Assembly: GCA_963664115.2 (NCBI GenBank)
Contig: CAXWPJ010000010.1
Coordinates: forward strand, 128,001 to 192,000
Reading direction: 5' to 3'
From: Terriglobia bacterium
GTDB lineage: Bacteria; Acidobacteriota; Terriglobia; 20CM-2-55-15
DNA length: 64,000 nucleotides
Made by a program: the position numbers and the translations under genes. Numbering within the stretch: position 1 is the stretch's first letter; the number at the start of each line of letters is the position of its first letter. The notes beneath the pieces are model-generated. The model was not told where the DNA came from and ran no database searches. It saw nothing but the letters and a program-made list of their open reading frames with translations. Shown piece after piece: positions 1 to 9,298 of this stretch.

Positions 1-2432
1 GCACTACCCAGGGTGTAACCCAGGAGAAAACCGAAGCCCGTCGAAAACGATCGATCCAGTCGGAGGGAAAGCGAATTCACGTGAATGCGCCCACTCTGGT
101 CGTGCCCCAGGGTCATCCGGAATCTACAGAGCGAATTCGTGATTCCGCTCTCGATCAGGGCGGCATCAAACGGGCACTCCCCGTTGGGCAGTGGCGCGTT
201 GACATTCCGGGTCATCAGAAAATTCAAACCAAGTATGTGGGTAAAATCGGCCGAGAAGGCCATGCTCGGCGAGATCTCGTACTGAAAACCCGCGCTGGTG
301 TGCTGGGTATATGGTGTGTCCCCGTGCGGCGACGGTACTGTGGTCGAACCCGCGGGAAGTGCGTTCCCCGCCGGAGGATTCGGGAAGAAGTTTGCGACGA
401 CTGCAGGATCTGTTTCCCTGACGGTCTGGATATTAAGACCGTTATAACTGTTGACGATGCCGCGATGGGTCAGCGTCGGGACGCGGTCGTGAAAAAGCCC
501 ATAGCTGCCACGAATCACCGCACGCCCCGTCCCAAGTACGTCCCACGCGAAACCCACTCTCGGAGACACATCCAGAGTGTCGGTCGGGGTCGGGCGCCAG
601 GGTTGGAGACCTAAGGTGCCCGCTGGCCCCAAGGCCACGTTCAACCAAACGTCTTCGGGTTTGTCGCGGGAGAAACCCGGCTCTTCGAACGCGTCGGGAC
701 CGCCAAGGTCGCCTTCGAGAACGCGCAGATCATAGCGTAACCCCATGTTGAGGGTCAGGGCAGGGGTGATGCGCCACGTGTCGTTCACGAAAAGACCATA
801 CATGTCCATATCGCGATCGACCTGTGTGATCGTCGGATCCGGAGATTCTCCCCGGGCGAACTGCAGGTTGAATCCGGCGGTGTATTCGACGGGTACGAAC
901 GGAGCCACGTCGGTTTCAAAGACAAAAGAACCGTTGAAGTCTTCGTTCGTATCGTTGGTAGCCACGATGTCGTTCATCTCACCGCCCCATTTCAGCGTGT
1001 GGTTACCCCATTGGTGGGTCGTCGTGTTGGCGATGATCCAGTTCTTCTGGTTCCGTCCCTGGGGCGTCGAGCTCCCGTCCAAACCAATGTTGACCGAGGG
1101 GAAAATTAATCCGGGAAGAAAGCGTGAGTCTCTCCGAATACTGCGGAACAGCCTCTGGCTCGAACGATTGATACGCAACTCGTTCACTGTATTCGCACCG
1201 ATCAGTGAGGTCCAGTTTGCGGTCGCAAAGTACGAATTGTTGAGATCATCAAAACCCCGATCAGCGGCGTCTTCACCTCCGATGTCCTTGTTCAGATCGT
1301 TGTCGTCGTCGTAAAGATAAGTGAGATGCAGCGTGTTGCTGTCGTCCAGATTGAACGTGAACTTGCCGATTGCGTTGACCTGTTCCCGTTCCTGCTCAAC
1401 CGAACTGCGTGTGTCGTAACCGAGGTTGAGCGAGTCCACGAAGGTTTTGACCGAGTCCGGAATCGTAATCTGCGAACTTCCCTGATTGGTCTTGCGTTCC
1501 AACGAAAAGAAATAGAACGCCTTGTCGCGGGCGAAAGGGCCACCGAACGTGCCGCCATACTGCTCGGTCCTGAACTCGGGGACTTCGCCGTCCTGAAACG
1601 GTACGCCACCTCTCAACCGAAACGATGGCTTGTCGAATGCGTCATCCCGGATGAAGTAGAAACCGCTGCCGTGGATGTCGTTGCCGCCCGACTTCAGCAC
1701 GATGTTTATCGCCCCACTGCCGCTTCGGCCAAACTCTGGTGAGTAACCGGTCGCCATCACCTGAAACTCCTGAATCGCTTCCTGGCCCAGGCGGGTTCGG
1801 GTTGCGCCGGAAATATTGGTTCCACCCCCGACGACTTCATCGTTGAAGTCAACTCCATCAAGCCAAATGGCCTTATGCGGTTCATCCATTCCGAAGAAGC
1901 TGATGGAATCGGTGGCACCTGAACGGATGGAACTCTGATCGAGCACGACGCCGGGAGCGAGCAAGGCGAGATCCATAAAGTCCCGATTCTTCAGCGGCAG
2001 CCCCTCGACCCGAAAGTTGTCAACCACCGTCTGTATGCTGTTCGCCGTCGGACGGATCAGAGGAGCCGCATCCGTTACGGTAATGGATTCGGTGACCTGC
2101 CCCACGTCCATGGTGAAGTCGATCTTTATTTCTCCCTGGATGGGTAGAACGACTCCGTCACGCACCGCCGAGCGGAATCCGTCGAGTTGGACGGCGATCG
2201 CGTACTCGGCCGGCTGCAGCCCCGTCACGACGTAGGCACCCACTCCGTTAGTAAGCACCTCCCGAATCGCGCCAGTGGTCGCGTGAGTCACAGTCACGGT
2301 CACACCGGGAAGGACGGCGCCTGACGCATCAACTATGTCGCCGAGAATGGAACCGGTTGTCGACTGCGCGTGAACTGTGAAAGCAGCGCTGAGAACCAGG
2401 CAGACGACTAATATTCCGCTAACAAACCGCAT
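1..2432 (-). CDS. TonB-dependent receptor, Oar-like, with N-terminal carboxypeptidase-regulatory-like domain (3' end runs off the window)
   Basis: Read by hand on the minus strand from ATG 2432: MRFVSGILVVCLVLSAAFTVHAQSTTGSILGDIVDASGAVLPGVTVTVT...LPLKNRDFMDLALLAPGV...EAIQEFQVMATGYSPEFGRSGSGAINIVLKSGGNDIHGSGFYFIRDDAFD. Signal peptide plus plug motifs typical of acidobacterial TBDRs. Absent from the ORF track because it is truncated. Confidence 0.9.
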   Translation of the reverse strand, partial: MRFVSGILVVCLVLSAAFTVHAQSTTGSILGDIVDASGAVLPGVTVTVTHATTGAIREVLTNGVGAYVVTGLQPAEYAIAVQLDGFRSAVRDGVVLPIQGEIKIDFTMDVGQVTESITVTDAAPLIRPTANSIQTVVDNFRVEGLPLKNRDFMDLALLAPGVVLDQSSIRSGATDSISFFGMDEPHKAIWLDGVDFNDEVVGGGTNISGATRTRLGQEAIQEFQVMATGYSPEFGRSGSGAINIVLKSGGNDIHGSGFYFIRDDAFDKPSFRLRGGVPFQDGEVPEFRTEQYGGTFGGPFARDKAFYFFSLERKTNQGSSQITIPDSVKTFVDSLNLGYDTRSSVEQEREQVNAIGKFTFNLDDSNTLHLTYLYDDDNDLNKDIGGEDAADRGFDDLNNSYFATANWTSLIGANTVNELRINRSSQRLFRSIRRDSRFLPGLIFPSVNIGLDGSSTPQGRNQKNWIIANTTTHQWGNHTLKWGGEMNDIVATNDTNEDFNGSFVFETDVAPFVPVEYTAGFNLQFARGESPDPTITQVDRDMDMYGLFVNDTWRITPALTLNMGLRYDLRVLEGDLGGPDAFEEPGFSRDKPEDVWLNVALGPAGTLGLQPWRPTPTDTLDVSPRVGFAWDVLGTGRAVIRGSYGLFHDRVPTLTHRGIVNSYNGLNIQTVRETDPAVVANFFPNPPAGNALPAGSTTVPSPHGDTPYTQHTSAGFQYEISPSMAFSADFTHILGLNFLMTRNVNAPLPNGECPFDAALIESGITNSLCRFRMTLGHDQSGRIHVNSLSLRLDRSFSTGFGFLLGYTLGS

Positions 2433-2586
2433 CGCGTAAGTCCCCTCAAGATAACGAAGATAAGTCGGACAAATATATCACGTGGGGCTGTCAGGAAGGA
2501 TGAGGCTGGTGCGTTACACCCGACTCCGCGTTTACGCTTGAGACGAGTAACGACTGGGGTTGGAACCGAAAAACAGGGAGGGGGAG

Positions 2587-2656
2587 GCGACGAAGGCTTC
2601 GGATTTGATTCATCAACCCACCAGAGTCCAGATCAAATCTGAAATATCCGTCGCTC
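2587..2656. repeat. Long imperfect hairpin between the cytochrome gene and the TBDR promoter (possible terminator or REP-like element)
   Basis: GCGACG...TTCGGATTTGAT pairs with ATCAAATCTGAA...CGTCGC. Confidence 0.5.
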
Positions 2657-2660
2657 GAAT

Positions 2661-3187
2661 TCAATTTCCGATCTCGACTTCCTCTCCGTTACTCAGGCTC
2701 GCAACGTAGGCGGCTAAATTTCTGGAAGGTTCGCCCGCTAGATCCAAGGGTTCACCCATCATGAACATCTGGAGACAATTGTTATTCATAACGGCCAGAG
2801 TGATGACGGAGTCATTGGGCACCTTATATTTCGGGAACGTCGCGCCGCACCCACGAGCGTCGGAATTGGCATCGAAGGCTGCATACCATTGCTCAATGGC
2901 ATCGGAATCTGCGTGGAGGTGTTGGTGGTCCCCCCACCCGGATGGCAGTTGTTGCAGGACCGGTTGTTGCTGCCCAGGTTTCTGTCGTTGAACAGTTCCA
3001 TGCCGTGAGCGACACCTTCGCGCTGCTTAGCCATCATGTACTGCATGCGCTCTCCTTCATCCATATCCACCATCACCTCGGACATGTTGGCCAACGCCAT
3101 CTGCATAGCTGGATTTGGAGCCTGAGCCGCAGTAAGCAAAGAGACGACAAAAATAAAACTCGCCGCAATTAACAAAGTCTTTTTCAT
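2661..3187 (-). pseudogene. Secreted monoheme cytochrome c, SoxA/TsdA-like domain, with a 1-nt frameshift near 2843 (pseudogene or sequencing error)
   Basis: Signal peptide MKKTLLIAASF and CNNCH heme motif. After PTLVGAA another frame continues ATFPKYKVPNDSVITLAVMNNNCLQMFMMGEPLDLAGEPSRNLAAYVASLSNGEEVEIGN*, resembling the SoxA/TsdA pattern FPKY...INxC...M.GEPL...L.AY..SLS.G. Confidence 0.75.
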
Positions 3188-3428
3188 ATTCGATACTCCT
3201 TTGGAGTTCCGGTACGCGCCCTTCATGTCCGCTTAGACATAAGGCTCTGAGATTGCACGGGCGTCGAATCACATTTGAGGCGCGTGTCACTCAAGAAGAT
3301 ACGTCCCCACTAAGGAAGGATTCTGTAAGCTGGAGTACATCGGGTGTGGGTCCCGACAGTTAGAACGAACGGGGGATGAATAGCAGATCGCAGAGCTGTT
3401 CGAGTCCGAAGCATCAACAGCACCGGGA

Positions 3429-4148
3429 TCAGAAGAGACCCTCGACAATGCTCCGTAGTTCCTCTTCTTCCCCAAGACCAACGTGCTTGTAGGCAACCCG
3501 CCCACTACGATCCAGAACGAAGGTCGTCGGGATGCCATAGACACCACCTACATTGGTTTCAATTTCAAAGTCGGTCATCACGATCGGGTAGTTGACGCCC
3601 AGAACCGCAACCATATTGACAATGGCCTCCATGTTTTCAGGGTCCTGCGTTATACCGACGACACCGAATTCCGCCTCGTCGTACAAGTCCGTCATTTCGA
3701 CCAGCCACGGCATCTCTTCCCGACAGGGCGCGCACCACGAAGCCCAGAAGTTGATCACGGCAACCTTCCCTTCAAGTCGGGATGAAGAAATCGTCCTGCC
3801 TTCGAGCGTGCTCAATTCAAACTCAGGAAACAGTTCGGAATACGCCGGAGCCTCACCCAGCTCATCGATCACGGTCCCATTGGCGTCGACGACCAGATGG
3901 AAGGCGACCTCAGTGCCTACCTCGATACCGTCCAGAAGACTCGGGTCCACGACGGCAAAGGGCATTGTCATCGACTGCATGTAGCCGGGGATCGTGTCGT
4001 GAAGAAGGACAACACTGTTTCTATCTTCGGGAATTTCGGCCACAAGTCCCCTTACGTCATATTCCATGGGAATTTGGGGCGCAGACGCACAACCCGCCAG
4101 CAGGAAAAGTCCAGACGTGATGACAACTGCCTTTGCTGTTTTTGACAT
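3429..4148 (-). CDS. Lipoprotein fusion of a CusF-like copper-binding domain and a TlpA/ResA-type thioredoxin
   Basis: Lipobox LLAGC; HDTIPGYMQSMTMPF (CusF-like His/Met motif); INFWASWCAPCREEMP and GIPTTFVLDRSG (TlpA). Confidence 0.85.
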   Translation of the reverse strand: MSKTAKAVVITSGLFLLAGCASAPQIPMEYDVRGLVAEIPEDRNSVVLLHDTIPGYMQSMTMPFAVVDPSLLDGIEVGTEVAFHLVVDANGTVIDELGEAPAYSELFPEFELSTLEGRTISSSRLEGKVAVINFWASWCAPCREEMPWLVEMTDLYDEAEFGVVGITQDPENMEAIVNMVAVLGVNYPIVMTDFEIETNVGGVYGIPTTFVLDRSGRVAYKHVGLGEEEELRSIVEGLF

Positions 4149-4286
4149 TCGAATCATTCGAACAGGCCGCGCTCGGAGGAAATGTAATCCAGGCCACACA
4201 AAAATTTTCACCGGTCGGTAATGAGACGGTCCTCCCCCCAAACTGTTTACCAATATTTCACACTCAGAAGTAATTTGACGGACGGA

Positions 4287-4490
4287 TTTTCACCGCAAAG
4301 GCGCAAAGACGCCAAGAAAGAAAAACTTTGTACTTCCAGCGCAACACGGCCGGATTAGGCTAGCAAGAAAGCCCCCAGTCATTCACGACCTCTGGTAAGG
4401 AGAACTAACGACAAACTGATTTCTTTGCGCCTTTGCGCCTTTGCGGTTGATCTTTCTTCTCCGAAGTATTCCCCTGTGCCTCTGCGTTGA
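4287..4490 (+). repeat. MITE/REPIN-like element, copy 1
   Basis: Terminal inverted repeats ACCGCAAAGGCGCAAAG / CTTTGCGCCTTTGCGGT; interior colinear with the copies at 11900 and 13122. Confidence 0.85.
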
Positions 4491-4496
4491 ATTCCC

Positions 4497-6287
4497 CTAC
4501 GTCCGGGCTGAGATAGCCTCTCGGGTGATGGAAAGGAACTCGGCTATCGATTTGGCCTTGAGGTCTTCTCCAGATCGCAGGCGAACCGCTACAGCGCCGG
4601 ACTCCACTTCCTTATCTCCTGCTACGAGCATGTAGGGAATTTTCTGCAACTGAGCCTTGCGAATCTTGGCATTCATACGGTCGCCACCGTCGTCGATACC
4701 CACACGCAGCCCCTCGGATCTCAGCTTTTCCAGCAGCCCCTGGCAGTATGCGACATGCCGGTCAGCGATTGGAATCAAGATAGCTTGAACCGGCGCCAGC
4801 CAGACCGGGAATGCACCGCTGTGGTGCTCGATGAGGATTCCGAAGAATCGTTCCATGCTTCCCAACAGAGCCCGGTGAATCATGTAGGGCCGGTGTGGTG
4901 CCCCATCCTCGCCGACGAAGCTCAAGTCGAAGCGTTCCGGAAGGTTGAAATCGAACTGAATCGTACTCAACTGCCATTCTCGCCCGATCGCATCGTTGAC
5001 GTTGATATCAATCTTGGGACCATAGAAAGCGCCGTCCGCCTCGTTGATCTCGAACAGCAATCCCGATCTCTTGAGCGCCTCTTCGAGGGCGGCCTCGGCC
5101 TCGTCCCAATTAGACTCGTCTCCGACTCGCTTTTCGGGGCGCGTGCTCAGGAACAGTTTGAAATCTTCAAAACCGAACGCCCGAAGGATATCCAGACTGA
5201 AGTTTAATACTTTGTCGATCTCGGCGGGCATCTGATCCGGCCGGCAGAACAGATGGGCGTCGTCCTGGGTGAATCCCCTTACACGGGTCAGCCCGTGTAA
5301 GACTCCACTTCGTTCGTAGCGGTACACGGTCCCCCATTCGGCAAAGCGAATCGGAAGGTCTCGGTAGGAACGCACGCCGCTCTTGAAGATGTCGACATGG
5401 AACGGGCAGTTCATCGGCTTCAGATAGAATTCCTGCTCGTCGATCGTCACCGGCGCATACATGCCGTCCTTGTAAAAGTCGAGATGGCCGCTGGTTTCCC
5501 AAAGCGATGCCCGGCCGATGTGGGGCGTGTAGACAAAATCGTAACCGCCTTTCAGATGTTCGGCCTTGCAGTATTCTTCGACCAGATACCGGATCAGCCC
5601 ACCTTTGGGATGCCAGAGAACCAGGCCGGCCCCAATGGTATCGGGATTGATACTGAACAGATCCAAATCGACACCCAAGCGGCGATGATCCCTCTTCTTG
5701 GCCTCTTCAAGCCGGACGAAATATTCCTTCAGTTCTTTCTTTACAGGGAAGGCGACCCCATAGACACGCTGCATCTGGTCGCGGGCCTGATCCCCACGCC
5801 AGTAAGCGCCGGACACGCGCGTGAGCTTAAACGCATCCGGACGAACGGCCCCGGCATTTTCGACATGAGGACCACGGCATAGATCCACGAAATCTCCCGT
5901 TTCATAGATGCTGACGGTATCGACGTTGCCCCCAACGAGATTTTCGTCCCCCAGGTCTTTGACTGCCGTCGTGCCGCGATCCTTGAGATCGTTCAAAAGT
6001 TCTACTTTGAAGCTCTGCCCCATCCCGTCGAACAGCGTAATGGCCTCGTCAATGGGCATTTCAGTCCGCTCGAAGGCAAGCTTTTCACTCACCTTACGTC
6101 GCATCTGCTGCTCAATTTTCTCGAGGTCGTCGGGTGTAAGCGGGGTGTCAAGATAGACGTCGTAATAGAAGCCGTCGGTGATGACGGGTCCAACGCCAAA
6201 CTTCGCCTCAGGGTAAAAGTCCTGGATGCTGGCTGCCATCAAGTGGGCCAGCGAGTGCCGTATTGTCTCAAGCTCTTCTTTATTCAT
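4497..6287 (-). CDS. thrS: Threonyl-tRNA synthetase
   Basis: RHSLAHLMA, DLCRGPHV, RDHRRLG, LKPMNCP, GAFYGPKID, IHRALLGSMERF. Confidence 0.98.
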   Translation of the reverse strand: MNKEELETIRHSLAHLMAASIQDFYPEAKFGVGPVITDGFYYDVYLDTPLTPDDLEKIEQQMRRKVSEKLAFERTEMPIDEAITLFDGMGQSFKVELLNDLKDRGTTAVKDLGDENLVGGNVDTVSIYETGDFVDLCRGPHVENAGAVRPDAFKLTRVSGAYWRGDQARDQMQRVYGVAFPVKKELKEYFVRLEEAKKRDHRRLGVDLDLFSINPDTIGAGLVLWHPKGGLIRYLVEEYCKAEHLKGGYDFVYTPHIGRASLWETSGHLDFYKDGMYAPVTIDEQEFYLKPMNCPFHVDIFKSGVRSYRDLPIRFAEWGTVYRYERSGVLHGLTRVRGFTQDDAHLFCRPDQMPAEIDKVLNFSLDILRAFGFEDFKLFLSTRPEKRVGDESNWDEAEAALEEALKRSGLLFEINEADGAFYGPKIDINVNDAIGREWQLSTIQFDFNLPERFDLSFVGEDGAPHRPYMIHRALLGSMERFFGILIEHHSGAFPVWLAPVQAILIPIADRHVAYCQGLLEKLRSEGLRVGIDDGGDRMNAKIRKAQLQKIPYMLVAGDKEVESGAVAVRLRSGEDLKAKSIAEFLSITREAISART

Positions 6288-6383
6288 GGGGTGTCACTTG
6301 TCACTCATTCACTCCGGGAGTCGCACCGCGGGCCGGGCGAAGACCCCATTGTTGCATCGGATTGAAGAAGCCGGGATTGCCGA

Positions 6384-6908
6384 CTACGTAAACAGGATTG
6401 GCTGGGAACCCGTCAAACGGCCACGCGTGTGCGTGACTTTAGGCTCCTTAGATGTCGACGTCCCTTCCAGGTTCAGAAGTGCCGTCTTTATGTCGAGGCC
6501 GCCACCGTAGCCGACGAGACGTCCGTCGTGGCCGATCACCCGGTGACAGGGAACAACTATAGAAACGGGGTTGTTGTGGTTGGCCATCCCCACAGCGCGT
6601 GCCGCCCGGGGCTTTCCAATCGCGCGGGCGATCTCTCCATAACTGCGGGTTTCACCGTAAGGGATGTCCAGAAGAGCCCGCCATACATTCTGCTGGAAAG
6701 GCGTGCCTTCCAGGTCCAGTCCGAGATCAAAGTCACGCCGACTGCCGGCAAAATATTCCTTGAGTTGATCCACTACAGTAGCGTTCCCAGTCGCATCAAG
6801 CGGCATGTCAGGAGGTATCTTCTTTCCAAAAGACAGAAGCTTGAGGCCTTTGCCACCGGACACGATAGTCAGGGGTCCAACCGGTGTTTCGGCAACGAAA
6901 TATCCCAT
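6384..6908 (-). CDS. ogt: Methylated-DNA--protein-cysteine methyltransferase
   Basis: GTPFQQNVW, IPYGETRSYGEIA and active site VPCHRV; start uncertain (6908 or 6941). Confidence 0.95.
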   Translation of the reverse strand: MGYFVAETPVGPLTIVSGGKGLKLLSFGKKIPPDMPLDATGNATVVDQLKEYFAGSRRDFDLGLDLEGTPFQQNVWRALLDIPYGETRSYGEIARAIGKPRAARAVGMANHNNPVSIVVPCHRVIGHDGRLVGYGGGLDIKTALLNLEGTSTSKEPKVTHTRGRLTGSQPILFT

Positions 6909-7022
6909 TGGGTTAAGGTATATCAATGAAACGAACCGCACAAGGCCATTGACGAGAAGAAATCCACCGAAAAGAGAGCCGTTTCCTGCCCCCGTCGGAG
7001 GGCAGAATTAGGGAGGCTTAGA

Positions 7023-7052
7023 TTGCAAATGCCCCGTTGTTTTTGTTATGTT
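7023..7052 (+). promoter_or_regulatory. Sigma70-type promoter of the infC operon
   Basis: TTGCAA-18 nt-TATGTT with extended -10 TG, ending 6 nt before the TTG start. Confidence 0.55.
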
Positions 7053-7058
7053 TAGCGA

Positions 7059-7604
7059 TTGTCAAGAGTGAAGAAATTTTCTGGACGACCACGGCCAGAC
7101 CGAACAAGAGTCAACCATCGAATCCGGGCCACCGAGGTTCGGGTGATTGATGAAGAAGGTACTCAGCTAGGAGTGATGACGCCGGGTGCGGCGATTGGAA
7201 TAGCAGAGGAAAGGGGCCTGGATCTCGTAGAGGTCGCGCCGAACGGCAAGCCGCCGGTTTGCCGGATCATGGATTACGGCAAGTACCGCTACCAGATGAA
7301 ACGGAAGGCTCACGAAGCAAGGAAACATCAAAAGAGCATCACCGTCAAGGAAGTCAAATTCCGGCCCAACACGGACGAACACGATTACGAGTTCAAGAAG
7401 AACCACATCATTCGCTTCCTGAACCAGGGCGACAAGGTTAAAGCGAACGTCTGGTTTCGGGGGCGTGAAATCGTCCACAAAGAGATCGGGCGAGCGCTGA
7501 TCCAGCGCCTGATTGAAGAGTTGGAAGAAGTCGGTACTGTGGAGAACCGACCCAAAATGGAAGGCAACAATCTCGTCGCCATATTCGCGCCCAAAAAACT
7601 ATAG
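7059..7604 (+). CDS. infC: Translation initiation factor IF-3
   Basis: [43 protein letters not shown]. Confidence 0.97.
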   Translation: MSRVKKFSGRPRPDRTRVNHRIRATEVRVIDEEGTQLGVMTPGAAIGIAEERGLDLVEVAPNGKPPVCRIMDYGKYRYQMKRKAHEARKHQKSITVKEVKFRPNTDEHDYEFKKNHIIRFLNQGDKVKANVWFRGREIVHKEIGRALIQRLIEELEEVGTVENRPKMEGNNLVAIFAPKKL

Positions 7605-7630
7605 AAGTAAAAGACAGGAAAGTAGAAATC

Positions 7631-7828
7631 ATGTACAAACTCAAGACGCACCGGGGGGCGCGCAAACGGTTCAAGCTAACGGGCACCGGAAAGATCAAAC
7701 GCAGACATTCCTTCCATCGTCACATCTTGACAAAGAAGTCACAGAAGCGAAAACGGCACCTGGGAAAGCCTGCGATCCTCGAGGCCTCAGACTTCCAGAA
7801 AGTCCGGGAAATGCTTCCGTACGGATAG
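7631..7828 (+). CDS. rpmI: 50S ribosomal protein L35
   Basis: [20 protein letters not shown]; operon position. Confidence 0.98.
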   Translation: MYKLKTHRGARKRFKLTGTGKIKRRHSFHRHILTKKSQKRKRHLGKPAILEASDFQKVREMLPYG

Positions 7829-7864
7829 AAAGTTGATCACTATAGGTTTGAGGTTGAATTAGAA

Positions 7865-8230
7865 GTGCCAAGAGTCAAAAGAGGGACCAAGAGACACGAT
7901 CGCCGAAAAAAGATTCTAAAGGCGGCGAAGGGCTACTTCCTAAACAAGAGTAAGCTCTTCAAGTTCGCCACGGAATCCGTAGATCGCGCACTCCAGTACG
8001 CTTATCGCGACCGTCGAACGCGCAAACGCGATTTCCGTCGGCTTTGGATCATCCGCATCGGAGCCGCGGCGCGAGAGAACGGCATCAACTATAACCAGTT
8101 CATCTCAGGGCTGAAGAAAGCCGGAATCGAACTGGACCGCAAGATTCTGGCAGATATCGCCTTAGCGGATCCTGCGGGTTTCGCTCAACTGGCGGAGAAG
8201 GCAAAAGCAGCTATCGGCCTCCCCGCATAG
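7865..8230 (+). CDS. rplT: 50S ribosomal protein L20
   Basis: [25 protein letters not shown]. Confidence 0.98.
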   Translation: MPRVKRGTKRHDRRKKILKAAKGYFLNKSKLFKFATESVDRALQYAYRDRRTRKRDFRRLWIIRIGAAARENGINYNQFISGLKKAGIELDRKILADIALADPAGFAQLAEKAKAAIGLPA

Positions 8231-8234
8231 GCCG

Positions 8235-9272
8235 ATGGCTTCCGGTTCAGGAATCGACCAGCTTCGCCAGATCGGCGAGCAATTCGAGCAGGACAGGAAC
8301 GCTGCTACAGACCGTCGGTCTCTGGACGAAATCCGCAGTCGATATCTTTCCCGCAAGTCCGGTCTACTGACACTCACTCTGCAGTCGCTTCGTTCCTTAC
8401 CAAAGGATGAGCGTTCCGAGTTCGGCAAGTTTGGCAACGCGCTGAAGCAAAAAATCGAGGCTTCGCTCGCTGCACTGGAAGAATCGGTCGCGACCCAGTT
8501 GCGCCAACAGCAGATCGAGGAAGAAACCCTGGATGTCAGCCTTCCGGGTTCACTGCCCCGCATCGGGCATTCCCATCCCATCACACTCGTCCGCGCTGAG
8601 ATGGAGTCCATATTCGTCTCGATGGGCTACACCGTAGAAGACGGCCCGGAAATCGAGTCGACCTATTACAACTTCGAGGCCCTCAACATCCCGGTCGGAC
8701 ATCCGGCGCGTGACCCATCCGACACCTTCTATGTTTCTGAGGACGTCGTTCTCAGGACGCACACATCTCCGGTTCAGGTGAGAACGATGGAGAAACGGCA
8801 ACCCCCGATCCGCATCATCTGCCCGGGACGCGTCTTTCGCCATGACGATCTGGACGCAACGCACTCCCCGATGTTCCATCAGATCGAAGGGTTGGTCGTC
8901 GACGAAGGAATCACCTTCGCAGACCTGAAGGGCACTCTCGAGCTCTTCCATCACCGGTTCTTCGGTCCGAATACCAATACACGCTTCCGCCCGAGCTTCT
9001 TCCCTTTTACAGAGCCCAGCGCGGAAGTCGATGTCTCTTGTCCCTTCTGCGGAGGCAGCGGCTGTCGTGTATGCAAGCAGACCGGGTGGATCGAAACGAT
9101 GGGCGCGGGCATGGTGAATCCCGTTCTCTATAGCTTTGTAAAATACGACCCCGAACGTTACAGCGGGTTTGCCTTTGGGATGGGCATCGACCGGTACGCG
9201 ATGATCAAGTACCGGATCAGTGACATACCCGTATTGTTCGAAAACGACATGCGGTTTCTCGAGCAGTTCTGA
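8235..9272 (+). CDS. pheS: Phenylalanyl-tRNA synthetase alpha subunit
   Basis: HPARD, LRTHTSPVQ, FRPSFFPFTEPS, GFAFGMGIDR. Confidence 0.98.
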   Translation: MASGSGIDQLRQIGEQFEQDRNAATDRRSLDEIRSRYLSRKSGLLTLTLQSLRSLPKDERSEFGKFGNALKQKIEASLAALEESVATQLRQQQIEEETLDVSLPGSLPRIGHSHPITLVRAEMESIFVSMGYTVEDGPEIESTYYNFEALNIPVGHPARDPSDTFYVSEDVVLRTHTSPVQVRTMEKRQPPIRIICPGRVFRHDDLDATHSPMFHQIEGLVVDEGITFADLKGTLELFHHRFFGPNTNTRFRPSFFPFTEPSAEVDVSCPFCGGSGCRVCKQTGWIETMGAGMVNPVLYSFVKYDPERYSGFAFGMGIDRYAMIKYRISDIPVLFENDMRFLEQF

Positions 9273-9298
9273 CGACAAGCCGCACCTAACGAATCGAC

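Noticed and set aside
81-2235. Several plus-strand ORFs (81-614, 745-1314, 1326-1742, 2017-2235)
   Set aside because: Shadows of the minus-strand TonB receptor that the track missed
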